Source: Azolla caroliniana
Lineage: Eukaryota > Plantae > Polypodiophyta
Reading direction: 5' to 3'
Assembly (NCBI GenBank): GCA_043228905.1
Contig: JBHGNT010000007.1
Span: forward strand, 16,368,001 to 16,432,000
DNA: 64,000 bases
Shown in pieces: positions 25,029-38,600 of this stretch (positions are counted from its first letter, which is position 1; each line of letters starts with the position of its first letter). Made by a program: the position numbers and the translations under genes. The notes beneath the pieces were generated by a model, which was given only the letters and a program-made list of their open reading frames with translations, was not told the DNA's origin and made no database searches.

Positions 25029-27005
25029 TATTAGAGATCTAAGTACTAAAGTAAGCTTAAGATAAGGATAAACAAATGATAGATAGAAAGGAGAAAGAGA
25101 AAGAAGGGTGCCGATCCACCCAACCACCCTCGAGCGAAGGGATCGAGACGGACTCGAGCCTCGATCGGTGTCCCATACCACCGTCATGGCGTCGAGTCGT
25201 ACCTGGTGTTGGCGCGCTCGCTACAAGAGTTGACCCACCACAAGAGCAGAGTCTCGATGTAGTCAAAAAGATGATCAAATGAGGGTAGCTAGGCTTCTTA
25301 TTTATAGCGATACCCAAGGCCCCCAAGCAAGTTCACACTTGACCTAATGGGTTGTCTCAATCCCGAGGATTAAAAGTAATCCTCCCCTTCTTTACACTCT
25401 CGTTTAACCCTCACAATTATCCACATGTATAGAATACTACGGTAAATTCTCAGCACGGGATATTAAATGGTCATGCCCGTAACATACTCCCCCTCTTTAA
25501 AACATTGCACTCTTGCAATGGAAAGTTAGGGAAATTAGTTCTGAGAGTATTTTCGCATTCCCATGTGGCATCTTTTATTGATTTATCCATCCATTTTATT
25601 TTAAATTCTCGGATTTCTTTAGTTCGTAATTTTTTGGTTTTTACATCGAGAATTCTTTCTGGTACATGTGGTTTAGAAGATAATTCTTCAGAAGTAACCA
25701 GAGTTTCAGTTGTAACTGTATTGTCGCCAGAACCTAGAAGTTCTTTTAGATGACTCACATGGAAGATTGGATGAATTCCAACACCATCGGGAAGAGCAAG
25801 ACGATAGGCTAATGACCCAATGCGTTTGAGGACTGTAAAAGGTCCACAAAACCGTGGGGCTAACTTAGCGCACTTACCCGTAGACAATGTCTTAGAATTG
25901 TGAGGTACACGTAAAAATAGCTTCTGTCCAGGGTTGAATACACGAGGTTGCCTATGATGATCGGCATAAAAACGCGCTCTATCTTGAGCTGTTTTTATAT
26001 TATCTCGTGCAATATGCAACATATCTTGCATATCCCGAAGAAAGTTTTGCGTACTTCGCAACTCATCATGATGTATATTAACATCAATCGGGGCTCGTGG
26101 CTGAAAACCATACATCAACATAAAAAGACTATATCCCGTCGACGTATGCTTCGAGCTATTATAAGCAAACTCCAAAATTGGGAGATAACGTTGTCGTGCC
26201 TTTCGGCTCCGGATCGTTGCGTGAGTCGGGTGGGAACCGCCGAGGTTTTGGACTAGGAGAAAGAAGTTCGTGAGATAGAGATTAATTATGAGTAAATAGC
26301 AAAGAGAAAGATAAGAAACTCGTGAATCACACGAGTATACTATATTAATTGGTACTTAGGGTGTTAAGAGAGACGTAGATGTATAAATCGTGAATCCCAC
26401 GAATAATTTTTGTATTGATTAATACTTAATCCAAATAATCAACAACAACTACAATGTGCTCCCCATCCTTATATAGTGATGGGAGAGACTAAGCATAGCT
26501 ACATGCTTTTTACAAAAAGTGTTCATGTCCACTAAATGTGCATGTGATGCTTTTTTTATTTCCTAAGTATAGGGCTCATGCACGCTAGATGTGCATGAGT
26601 TATTTTTAGTGTCTCGTGTTTTTTCTTTTTCATATATTAAAAAAATACACGATTTACCTTTTAATAAAGGTATGCATAAATAAAGGTCTTATACGTATTA
26701 AATCTATATTTAAAACACTTAAGATAAGTTAATGTAATGGTAAGGTTGGGGTTTGTCAACGTGGAGGTGCAGGGTTTGAATCACGCCCTGCGCAGTAGTG
26801 AGTATTTCTTTCTTTTTTACATTTATGTCTCTTTATCCGGCTCTTCCTTGCCGGTATGCCGTTTTCTTCCTTGCCGGTATGCCGTTTTCCTCCTTGCCGG
26901 TATGCCGTTTTCCTCCTTGCCGGTATGCCGTTTTCTTCCGGTTCTCACCGAGCACTCCATTCTTTATCCGGAGGGAAAAAATATAATTTCCACATAGTGT
27001 GCAAC

Positions 27006-30000
27006 CTACACTATGACACTCGCCCCCTCCAAACCCGCACATCCTCCGGTATGTGCCGAAGTTCTTGATTCTTCGTATCCGTCTTCATCCGAAGCTTCCT
27101 CCGATTCTCCCCTTACGTCGACTATGAGTTGTAATCCACTTTCTTCGCTTCCCGCATCATTGTGGTCTTCGTCCGATTGCTCCTCGTTGTCGGCCTCGAC
27201 TTGGATCACATAAGGTTTGTCGTCGGTCCGCTTCTTAAAAATCTTCACCCGCTTCCCGGCAATAGGCACTCGTAGTATTGTTCCATCCAACTCGGACAGT
27301 CGGTACGTACCGTTGTCGAAGACCTTCCGAACCTCGTACGGCCCGAACCACCTTTTCGCGAATTTCCGCATCGTTGTATGTTGATGGTCCAAGCTACTAT
27401 CATAGACGATCACCCAATCTCCTTCTTCAATCCTCCTCGGTCGTAGTCGGTGCTTTGTGTCGAACCGGCTTTTAGTCCGGAACCGTGCTTCTTGTTATCG
27501 GCGTGACGCTTCCGCTACATCTTTCGGTCTTCCCTCCAGTTGTCGTATCCGGACCGCTAGTAGTTCTTCCCGGCTCATCTCTTCCTTCCACGGTAGTATT
27601 GTCCATGTCGCGATTGCGGTTTCCGTTGGCATTACCGGTGCTTGTCCGGTCATGAGTTCTGCCGGCATGTAACCGGTCACGGAGCTATGCGTCGTCCGAT
27701 CCGCCCATAGTGCATACGGAAGCATTTGTGGCCAATCCTTCACCCTTCTGTCGCATGCCTTCGCAAGTGCTTTCACGATCGGACTATGTCCTCGTTCGAT
27801 CTTCCCGTTGGCCTCCGGATTGTAGGCCGTTGTCAACGTTAACCGAACTCCATGTTTGGCGAAGAATCCCCTAGCTTTGTCCGAGTCGAGTTCTCCCCGG
27901 TCCGCAATCACTTGTCCTACGCAGCCGTACCTACAAAACACTTCTTCCAAAAGAAATTGGCACACCGCGGCACACGTTTTCCTCCGAAGCGCTCGACCTT
28001 CAACTTGGTTTGTGAGATCTTCTCGAGCTAACACCAAGTATTTCTTTTGTCCAATCCCGGTCGGCATAGCTACAATGTCGACCATCCACTTGAAGTTGAT
28101 TGTCGGTGAGAATGTCGGATGCAGCTCATCTCGGTGTCGGACCCCGGAGTAGACTTGACATTTCTCGTAGCTTTCTGTGAACTCCGCGACATCTTTATAC
28201 ATGTTCTTCCACCAATATCTTTGCTTGATTTTCACAAAAGTTGCCCATGTTCCTCGATGTCCAGCCCAATCGGATTCGTGGAACTCGGACATTATCCGGT
28301 TTCGTTGCTCTTTCGTCCCGACTACTCGAAGTGGTATCCCATCCGGTCTTTTCGGCGTCCTCCATATTAAACCGTTTTCCAAGAAGAACTTTTGGACTTG
28401 CCTCTTCTTCCTTCGGATCTCGGCTCTCCTTTCTTTATCATTGGTTGAATCCTCGACCTCTTGTAGCATCTTCCCGATCATCAAGGTTTCCCCCTCGTAT
28501 TCTTCTTCCCGGAATTCTCGGATCACGTTCACTCGGCATATGTGTTCTGACGTGAAGTAGTCTTCGGAAACTTCTTCATTATCTGATTCGGTTATGTCGT
28601 CTTCAAACCGCGCCCTCGATAACATGTCCGCTACCGCGTTGTCCTTCCCCGAGATGTGTCGAACCTCCGGATTAAGTGACTTGACATATGCAATCCACCT
28701 TAGCATAGCCACATCCGGTATCGTACAACACCGCATCATCCCGAGTATCGGAAGACAATCCGTCTCGATCACCACTTCAGCTCCGATCAAATAATCCCGA
28801 TCCGATTTTATCGCCGACACGACTCCCCACAATTCTCTTTTGACTTGTGCATATCCGCGTTGCCTTTCGTTGAGGACCTTTGCTCCAAATCGGATCGGAT
28901 ACCGCGAACCATCCGAGTCGGCTTGATTGATGACCCACCCGATATCGGTTGGACTTGTATCAACCGTTACTATGATTGGCCGCTCGTAGCTTGGCTTCTT
29001 AAGTGATTCCGCCCTCCATAGTGTCTTCTTGAGCTTCCTCATGGCTTTAGTGTGTTCCGGTTTCCACTCGAATTTCTTACCTTTCCGCAACAAGTGATAG
29101 AGCGGGTCCGCTATATGTGCATAGTGCGGAATCCATATGTGATAGAATGCACACGCACCCAGAAACCTTCGGACTTCCGATGTTGACTCACATACTTCCT
29201 TCATAGCTTGAATCGCATCGATCTTTGTTGGTGACGGTCTTCGGCCGTAGGGTCCACATAGATGTCCGACCACCAATATTTCTTCTTGCCCGAATGCCGA
29301 TTTCTCCCCGGAAAGTGTTAGGTGCACATCTTCTAGCTTTCGCAACACTTTCTCGCAATCATGAATATGGTCGACCACGAACTTTCGGCATCCCCGATCA
29401 TCCATAGTCTCATCTTTTTCTTCCACCGCGCATCCTTTCATCGGAATGTCATCTAGAAACGGCATCGTTATCTCCGGGATGCAATCTCGAAGCACCTTGT
29501 TCATCGCGTTCATCATATGTGCAACCGAGTTTGTCGCTCCTTGTGGTAGTGTGCACATTCGAACTAGTCCTATCGGTGTCCGCATGGTAGTGATGTCTCG
29601 GCTCTCCACGGCTAGTTGGAATTGGTCATACCCCGAGTATAGGTCCCCGATGGAGTATATCGCACGTCCGGCAAAAGCTTCCGCGAATTCGTCCACTATC
29701 GGACCGACTCCCGAGTTCCGGATCGTGACCTTGTTCACCGGTTGCAAGTCTTGGATGAATCGGAGTGACCCATTCTTCTTCGGAACCGTAAACCATCGAT
29801 TTGAGTACGGAGCACTTGATGGCTCTAGAATCCCCATCGCCACCTTCTCCTTGAGCAAGTCGATGACTTTCGGAATATGCGCCCGTGGCACCGGAATCGG
29901 CTTCAGGTTCCACGGTACATGATCAATCGTGAAAATTACCATCGGCTCCACTATCTTTGGATCAATGCATCCGATCTCCCTCGATGTGAACGCGAATGCT

Positions 30001-30617
30001 TTGCCGTGTTGCTCCAACATCTCTCGAAACCGTTTTTCTTCTTCTTGTAAGAGGAACCCACCTCCACCGATCCGAAGTTGCTTCCGGGTCTCATCTGTGA
30101 AGGCATGTCCGATATCCACGGTCTTCCGAAGTGTCGGATCTCCCGAGACTTCTTTCCTCTTTTGTTCGCTATCGGCGGGTAGTGGTCCCGCGGCCGGTTT
30201 CACCTTCTTCTCCACGGTCTTGTATTTCGTACTTACCATTGCTTCTTCTTTGCGGAGCGCATCCGGCCCCATTTTCGCAACGATCTCGTACATCTCGACC
30301 GATTCCACCGGGACTACCCGGTTCCCTTGGCTTTTATCTTCCGCAAGCTCTTCAAGCCGTTGTAGTGTATTCCCATAGAACACTTCCTCGATCACTCCCA
30401 CGATTTCTTCGTCTTCTTTTATTATTGATGCCGACCGTAACTTATCCTCCACTTGTCGGTATTGTTTCTTCATTCCTCCGGTTACGGCCGTGTACGTAGA
30501 TGCCCCATCCGGGCCGATTCGTACTTGTTTTGCTCCGAGAGTTTTCTTCCTGTGTGGGGTATCAGGGCTTCTCGGACTATCACTTCCCCACTCCGCAACA
30601 GTCCGCTTTAAAAATCC
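27006..30617 (-). CDS. pol: pol (RT-RNase H-integrase) in the -1 frame relative to gag; one internal stop at 27497-27495
   Basis: LPQGATNS / FLDD RT, RNase H, GHRG integrase zinc region, NPEANGKIER; GPY domain in frame after the stop. Confidence 0.9.
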
Positions 30618-32647
30618 ATTCTCACTTGGGACAAGAGTTCCCTCTTGTTCCTTTCGTGATTTGCCGGCACCATTAGGAATTGGACGGATTTCCCTCCGTT
30701 TTGGCTCCGAATTCGCGCAAAAGCCGCACCACTATCGAGCACCTTCGTCTCCATCCGTGAAGCCGTGATAAAGGGTTGGCCGAGGATGACAGAATGTGAA
30801 ACCTCATCCTGCACAAAGAAATTTTGGTCAATTTCGACATCCCCAATCTTTACCGTCACATCCGGACAAGCCGCAAATAGGTCTTCTGTCGTTTTCGTGG
30901 CTGCCCGAATCTTCCATCCATGGTTGGTGTTTATAGGCCACTTCCCCTTTCGGTAGAACTCCTTGGACATCAAGTTGATCTCCGATCCGTGATCAATCAA
31001 TGCTAGCACGGGTTCTTTGATGTTACCGATTCGGACCGGAGTCTCCGTAGTCGCACGTGCCCAGTGTGGCCTTGTATAGTGGGAGTTCGGAATTTCGCCT
31101 TCCACTTCGGTGTCGTTCATTGAAACGGTATTTGCATTCACCTTTGGAGCATTTTCCTCCGTACTTTGTCTCTTCCTTTTCACGAGATCCACGAGAAGAT
31201 CGTGAAACTCCTTCTTCGCTATTCCGAGTAGTTCCCGCAGCGAAAAATCTACCCGGCTATCCAAGATTCTTTCCTCGAACACTCTTTTCAAGTCGGTTTG
31301 TTGTTCTATGTCCGAGGCGAGCTTGAATGCCGGAGTCGCCTTTTCTTTTCCCTTACCTCCGGAGTTCCAGCTTTCCGGTATCTTCGATGGTCCGGCCGCA
31401 TCCTCCGTGCGCCGTCGTTTCTCGTCCACATACACCTCATGTAATTGACACAGGGCGTATATGCTATTCTTGTTGACAGGGCACTCCCATCCCGTAGCTT
31501 CCCGGACGCCTTCCGCGGTGTTTCGGATATCGTTGGAGTCGGTTTTCTCGGTGTTTCCTAGCACCTCCGGCCAGAAAGACGCCTTCGCTCCCGATGACTC
31601 CCCGACACATATTCCCGCGGTTGTCGCATAGTTGCTTCTTGCCGCTAACTCCTCCTCGAGCACCTTCTTCATGCCGCCTTTCCGGAAGTTCGGTCGGAGT
31701 GGCTTCCGAGAGTCCATCGAATGAATCCGGTTTCCCTCGTAGTAGATGAGATCCCGTCGTAGCGCCTCCTTATGGTCGTCGCAATCCCTCCGATCGTGTT
31801 CGGTGCTAACGCACCATATGCACCGTCGATCCGTATATTTGGAGCTTGTGGGGCGGTCGTCCGACTTCTTCACCATCGCGATCTTTAGATTCTCCATCTC
31901 CTTCAGCAGCTGCTCCACCGTAGACGCGTCGACTCCCTTCTCGGCCGTAATCTCCCGAGCCCTCGGTTGATGGTCTTCCAATCCCGTTCTCGGTTTCGGA
32001 ATCGGTTCCGAAACCCTCTTTTCTTCGTTGGCAAGCCATTGCCCCCTCTTCGTGTACCGCGCGACGATATCCCGCACGCTTCCCCATGTTTCGGTGAGGC
32101 CGCTTTCGGTGGTCGTGTCCTCAAGAAGCACTCCGAGATCTTTCCGGTCCCGGACGTCCACAGCTCGCAAAAACATGATGACTTTGTCCGGCGCAAGAAT
32201 AGTTTGATCTCTCGCGGACAACCTCCCGAACTGACTTTCGAATGTCGAAAACACTTCAAGGACCTTCAACCCCTTACCTGACGTTTCCACCCAATCCTCG
32301 AATCCCCTCCGCGTTGCCTTGGAGGAGTCCTCGATGGCAAACGTGGTCTTTAACGCCTCTTCGAATGCTTCCCACGTCGGATTTTGTTGTTGCAACCCGT
32401 GGATACTCCCTTGAAGCCCGTCGGTCGCCACCCGGTTAAAGGATGTCACTTGCAGTCCTTCCGAAGCCCGGCACCGGAGCATCTCCGCCTTGTAGTCCTG
32501 CAAATATCGCGACACATCCTTACCATTAAATTGCCCGTTGCGTTGCACGAGCCGCTCTACTGATGCCGAAATCTCCGACATCGTGCGTTGTTCTTGAAGC
32601 ATCCGTTCGAACATCGCCATCATATTGTTAGCTTGTTGAGCCTCCAT
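30608..32647 (-). CDS. gag: Gag plus aspartic protease
   Basis: CIWCVSTEHDRRDC knuckle and ALIDHGSEINL protease in one intact ORF; first ATG at 32647. Confidence 0.9.
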   Translation of the reverse strand: MEAQQANNMMAMFERMLQEQRTMSEISASVERLVQRNGQFNGKDVSRYLQDYKAEMLRCRASEGLQVTSFNRVATDGLQGSIHGLQQQNPTWEAFEEALKTTFAIEDSSKATRRGFEDWVETSGKGLKVLEVFSTFESQFGRLSARDQTILAPDKVIMFLRAVDVRDRKDLGVLLEDTTTESGLTETWGSVRDIVARYTKRGQWLANEEKRVSEPIPKPRTGLEDHQPRAREITAEKGVDASTVEQLLKEMENLKIAMVKKSDDRPTSSKYTDRRCIWCVSTEHDRRDCDDHKEALRRDLIYYEGNRIHSMDSRKPLRPNFRKGGMKKVLEEELAARSNYATTAGICVGESSGAKASFWPEVLGNTEKTDSNDIRNTAEGVREATGWECPVNKNSIYALCQLHEVYVDEKRRRTEDAAGPSKIPESWNSGGKGKEKATPAFKLASDIEQQTDLKRVFEERILDSRVDFSLRELLGIAKKEFHDLLVDLVKRKRQSTEENAPKVNANTVSMNDTEVEGEIPNSHYTRPHWARATTETPVRIGNIKEPVLALIDHGSEINLMSKEFYRKGKWPINTNHGWKIRAATKTTEDLFAACPDVTVKIGDVEIDQNFFVQDEVSHSVILGQPFITASRMETKVLDSGAAFARIRSQNGGKSVQFLMVPANHERNKRELLSQVRMDF

Positions 32648-32663
32648 CTCCTTGCCACCCGTT

Positions 32664-32681
32664 TTCACGTCGGGTTCACCA
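32664..32681 (-). promoter_or_regulatory. Primer-binding site complementary to tRNA-Trp 3' end
   Basis: Plus strand TTCACGTCGGGTTCACCA matches the plant cytosolic tRNA-Trp 3' end as recalled; 4 nt from the 5' LTR. Confidence 0.8.
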
Positions 32682-35600
32682 ACTGTGTCGTGCCTTTCGG
32701 CTCCGGATCGTTGCGTGAGTCGGGTGGGAACCGCCGAGGTTTTGGACTAGGAGAAAGAAGTTCGTGAGATAGAGATTAATTATGAGTAAATAGCAAAGAG
32801 AAAGATAAGAAACTCGTGAATCACACGAGTATACTATATTAATTGGTACTTAGGGTGTTAAGAGAGACGTAGATGTATAAATCGTGAATCCCACGAATAA
32901 TTTTTGTATTGATTAATACTTAATCCAAATAATCAACAACAACTACAATGTGCTCCCCATCCTTATATAGTGATGGGAGAGACTAAACATAGCTACATGC
33001 TTTTTACAAAAAGTGTTCATGTCCACTAAATGTGCATGTGATGCTTTTTTTATTTCCTAAGTATAGGGCTCATGCACGCTAGATGTGCATGAGTTATTTT
33101 TAGTGTCTCGTGTTTTTTCTTTTTCATATATTAAAAAAATACACGATTTACCTTTTAATAAAGGTATGCATAAATAAAGGTCTTATACGTATTAAATCTA
33201 TATTTAAAACACTTAAGATAAGTTAATGTAATGGTAAGGTTGGGGTTTGTCAACGTGGAGGTGCAGGGTTTGAATCACGCCCTGCGCAGTAGTGAGTATT
33301 TCTTTCTTTTTTACATTTATGTCTCTTTATCCGGCTCTTCCTTGCCGGTATGCCGTTTTCTTCCTTGCCGGTATGCCGTTTTCTTCCTTGCCGGTATGCC
33401 GTTTTCCTCCTTGCCGGTATGCCGTTTTCTTCCGGTTCTCACCGAGCACTCCATTCTTTATCCGGAGGGAAAAAATATAATTTCCACATAGTGTGCAACC
33501 TACACTATGACAACGTTCCCATTTTGTTGGTTTTGCACCAACGTATGCTCGAAGCATGTCCTCAATAATTTGATTTACTCGTTCTGTCTGTCCATCGGAT
33601 TGAGGATGATCCGTGGAGCTCATGCTCAACGTAGTTTCTAACTTCTTAAAGACTTGCGTCCACAAGTCACTAGTAAACTTTGGATCTCGATCACTCACGA
33701 TATCCATCGGTAACCCATAAAAACGAAACAATTCGTCAACGAATTGGTAAGCCAATTCAGGAGCTGTTACCGTGGTTTTAGTAGCAATAAATCTGGCCAT
33801 TTTAGTTAGTCGATCAACGACAACCCAGATGGCATCATGACCTTTTTGGGTGCGAGGAAGGCTAACAATAAAATCCATGGAATACTTTCCCACTTATTAT
33901 TGGGAATGTCCAAGGGATGTAAAAGTCCTGCGGCTTTAAGTCGCTCGGCTTTGTTAACCTGACACTGGTGACATTTAGTCACATAGCTATGTATGTCAGG
34001 ACGCATCTTAGGCCAATAAAATTGAGTGGAGATGAGAACGAGTGTACGATGTATTCCAGGGTGCCCTGTTGAGGGTGCATCATGGCATTCAAAAAGAATC
34101 CTCTTTTTGACCTCGGGTAAATCTAGAACACAAACCTTCCCATTACGGTAGAGCAAACCGTTAGCAATGTGGAAGTATTCCTTCGAGGATGTGGTGGTGT
34201 CTGTTCCAGACTCAACTCTTGCCCAGTATTTTGCAAAATAACTGTCATCAGGATACTTTCTTCGAAGGTGCTCATAAAGATCTGATGTTATTTCAGTGAA
34301 GCTAAGCATGTTAACTTCACGGATGCGACTTAGTGCATCAGCGACATTGTTCATGGAACCTTTACGATATCGTATGGAAAAATCAAAGTCCTGGATGAGA
34401 TCAACCCATCGTGCCTTACAACCTTTCAGGACTTGTTGGTCACAAAAATATTTCAAGGACTCGTGGTTCGTAGTTACCACAAAGCGATTTCCATAAAGAT
34501 AATGGCGCCATGTTTTGAGCACATGTATAACTGCAAATAATTCCTTTTCTTGAACGGTATACCGACATTGAGCAGAATCAAGTTTCTTACTCTCGAATGC
34601 TATTGGTTTACCATCTTGATACAAGACAACACCTATAGCATAATCGCTTGCATCGGTTTCAACCTCAAAAGGTTTTGAAGGATCAGGTAAAAGAAGTGAA
34701 GGAGCCTTGCAAACCAGAGTTCCTTAAAGGCGAGGTCTAGTGTAGCATTCCACACAATAGGTTTTGTAGACTTACGCGTTTGACCTTTTAAAAGATCAGT
34801 AAAAGGCGTCGTCAATTGGGAGTAATTACGAAGAGACTTTCGCAAAAACCCGACAAAACCAAGGAATGATCGAACTTCTTGAATATTCCGAAGAGTGGGC
34901 CAAAGCTTGATTTTCTCAATGCGAGAAGGATCAATTTCAACTCCTTGTTCGGTTATGAGATGTCCAAGATAAGTAATTGATTTCCTGAAGAACTCACATT
35001 TTGAGATCTTTGCATAAAACTGTTTGTCACGCAATGTTTGTAAAACAAAGCGGACATGTCTAGCATGTTCTTGTAATGTACGGCTATAAACTAAAATATC
35101 ATCCAAGAAAATAAGGACAAATTTTCCAAGTTGTTCTCAGAAAATGTCATTCATTTCTTGTTGAAAAGTAGTCGGAGCATTGGTCAAACCAAAAGGCATA
35201 ACCAAAAACTCGTAATGGCCATAGCGCGTACGAAATGTCGTTTTAGGAACATCGTCCTCACTTATTCGTATTTGATGGTAGCCAATATGGAGATCAAGTT
35301 TCGTAAAATACCAAGCTCCTTGGAGACGGTCAATTAGATCGTCAGCCCGGGGCAATGGGTACGAATTCTTGATCGTCACTTTATTCAAGCATCGGTAATT
35401 AATACACATACGCCATGTGCCCTCTTTCTTTTTAACCAAGAGAACTGGTGCACCCCATGGAGATTTACTATAACGTATATAACCCATTCGTAAATAGTCC
35501 TTGAGTTGCTTAGATACCTCATCTTCTTCGGATCGACTTAAGCGATACGGAGGTATACTTATTGGTGCAACACCAGGTACAATATCTATACGATGGTCTA

Positions 35601-38600
35601 TATTACGTTTAGGAGGTAACCCATCAGGTAGTTCACTTGGAAAAACATCATGAAAATAATTTAAGATTTCATCAAGTTGTTGTTGTTCAAAATATGTTAC
35701 TTGAACCGGGACATTATCGATATTGTAAACGTGAATGTCCGGATCAAGTACACAATAAAATAACGTAGAACAAGACAACTCGGATATTGATGGACACGAG
35801 GAAACAATCGAGAGGGATTGTTTTTTTACACATTGAATAAATTGTGTACAATCGTTCAGTATAAAAGAAATGGAATGGCGAACCCAATCAATAAATAAAG
35901 AAGAGTTTTTATTATAAAACCAGGGATAACCCAGTATTACATCGGTGGTACAAAGATTCATTACATGGAAGTCTACTTCCTCTATATAAGTATCAATAGA
36001 AATTCCTAATGAATGAATCGCCCCGTTGATGTATTGTACTCTTCCATCAGCCAAGTGCATCGTGTAGGTGTGATCACTTACGGTGGATTAGATTCCCCAT
36101 ATCTGAACCAAACGATCATTCACAAAATTGTGTGAGCTTCCCGAATCAAATAAAAATTGTACGGGAGATCCATTGATATACCCGTTTGCACGTAGTAAAT
36201 CATTGGGACCCAATACATAGTGAGGGAAAGAACATTGACAATTACTTAAATGATGTGTATAGACCTGAAGGACATTAGGAATCTGACCTTTATGGTTTGC
36301 AGCTTTAGCTTTGTTGTCGTGCTCTTTCCGTTGGAGCTTTCGACATTGATCTTTTGTATGACCCTTCTTTTTGCAGAATACGCAAAAAGGATGTTGTCGC
36401 TTACAATCACGATCCAGGAATTCGTTGGGTGTCTTGTGTTTCCCAACAAATTGCGACTGCTTAGTCCCGGGCACTTCGTTGGGTTTGTTGTGGTCCTTCT
36501 TCGAAGTGCGTTGATAGCGAAGAACTATTTCAACGGCCTCTTCGAAGGATTTTGGATCCTTATCATGCACTATCCAGTGATAGTCCGAATTGGGGATGCC
36601 ATTGACAAAACAAGCTATCAACCAATTGTCCCCTTCTAGACCCGATTTTTGGATTTGGGTTCTAGCATGGTGAACATAGTCTTCTAGAGAGGAAAATTTC
36701 CTGCTAGAGAGGTTCATTAAAGCTTGTGTTGCCTCGGTTCGAGAGGGAGGTTGCAGAAATTGGCCCTTAAAAACCGTGACAAAATCTGTCCAGGTATCGG
36801 GCAATTTCCCCATAGTACGGAGCCCACGCCACCAGGCGGCGGCCTTACCCCCGAGTTCTCGGCCGACATATGCAATCTTCGTACTATATGGCGTGGGATA
36901 GAGCTCAAAATGAGACTCCCATCGTCCCAGCCATGTGCAGATTGCTTCTTCGGTTCTTTCCTTTTTGTCTCCCGTAAATGGCTTAACGACAAATGATGGT
37001 TCACCTTGTCGCTCATCAGGTCTATTAGTCTCACGTTGTAGACTAATGACACGTGCCTCAAGAGCACTCTGAGATTGCCGAAGTTCGGTCATCTATTGAG
37101 CGGTGAAACTAAGGTATTGGGTTATTTGTGCCAAATACATCTCAGTGGACATTTGTCCAGGAGGATTCCCTTGAGTTCCTTCCGCTTGAACAGATGACAT
37201 CGGGTCGTTATTTTGAGCCATTAAAGATTATTTCTGGAAAAGAAATAGGATAAGGTCAAAGAGATAGTCATAACATCATGTCGTGATGTAAACATATCAT
37301 GGGCAAACATTAATCGATATCATGATCTCACGTCAATACCCCTCTAGACGTATGAGATGAGGTTCAAGATCAGGTTACTATGGTAACACAAAGGTGTTTT
37401 AAAAACCATGGGGGTGACAAATAAATGTCTTTCCCTGATCTCTATATCGATTTTTTCATGGTGGCTCCCCGAGGCTCAACCATGTATGTTCGCGTCATGA
37501 ATAGTTTATACACGAAAAAAATGTTAACAATAAACTATGTTTCGGTGCCCACATATGTGGTTTCGGCTCTTTAAGTCCTATTACGAGGACCCCGAGGTGC
37601 ACTTAGACCTTAAGTCTAAACATGTGTTATAGTCATATGTATCAAGGATGTTGTATGGTCTTGGTCATATTTGAACTCGAGACCTCGAGAACAAATACAT
37701 TAAACACTTGAGCCAACCAAGTAAGTTGCTCTTCTTGAATGCTTAATGTTTGATGCATATAAGAGATATGCGAGATCATATATGTTTTTTCTAAACGAAC
37801 ATATATGTCAAGGGTCCTTATTTCGCCCTCATTTACCAAAACTATGTTGGTACGTTACCTAACCTCAAGTCTCGTAATTACGATGGCATACGCCAAAGTG
37901 CAACCTAATGGTCAAGCCAAATGAGCCCTCGTTTCGTAGTAGGCTCACGTGGCCCATCACATGGTCACGTCATTACTAATGCCTCTCGTAAGAACGAGCT
38001 CATGGTGGCATCGTATCCATGTAACGAGTGAGGGATGTTGGATACGTGTGTCATTGGAGCGACCTCACTTGAAATGGGTCAAGCCCTACGTACTCAACAT
38101 CATTATGGCTATAGGAGTTTCTTTGCGTAACGAAATCGAGGTCATCAACGAGGTTGTCAACAATAAAAAATTGTTGAAAAAGGGATGGTGACAACGCCAT
38201 TCTCACAAAAATGTGAGGACGGCCACCAACATCCTTTTCCCGACAAGGACAACTTTCGATATAATCACGTAATATCGAATATACACATATGTTTACTTAT
38301 CACATATATACGATCAAATACGTATATACGTGACCACATATGCCTATATTAACATATCGTTATATTAAATAGCCACAAATGATGTGATCGAGATACGTAA
38401 TCGAGGTATATACCTCTACGCACACGAAACATCCACAAATAAGAGATCATCGTAATACGCAATTGAGGTATTGACCTCTTACGCATACGAGACCAACCGC
38501 ATATCGTTTACAACAAATCAAGGTATTAAATTCATACGCAAACGTAAGATATGTTCGTGAACGTAATACGTAATTGAGGTATTAACCTCGTACGCATACG

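Larger units (their letters stand above)
26192..33512 (-). mobile_element. Young non-chromovirus Ty3/gypsy, tRNA-Trp primed, 4-bp TSD
   Basis: 827-bp near-identical LTRs 26192-27018 and 32686-33512; TSD ACGT (26188-26191 / 33513-33516); PPT GGAGGGGGCGAG (27030-27019); 22-bp repeat x4 in each LTR. Confidence 0.97.
25471..37221 (-). pseudogene. Chromovirus gag-pol (gag, protease FDSGS, RT FLDD, RNase H, integrase, chromodomain), interrupted at 26192-33512
   Basis: ORFs 36088..37092, 35137..36060, 34633..35106, 33806..34624, 33327..33893, 25471..26175; GPF motif and chromodomain PERILD..KIKW..DATWE. Confidence 0.93.

Noticed and set aside
32664-32681. tRNA gene
   Set aside because: Only 18 nt including CCA next to an LTR, so it is a PBS.
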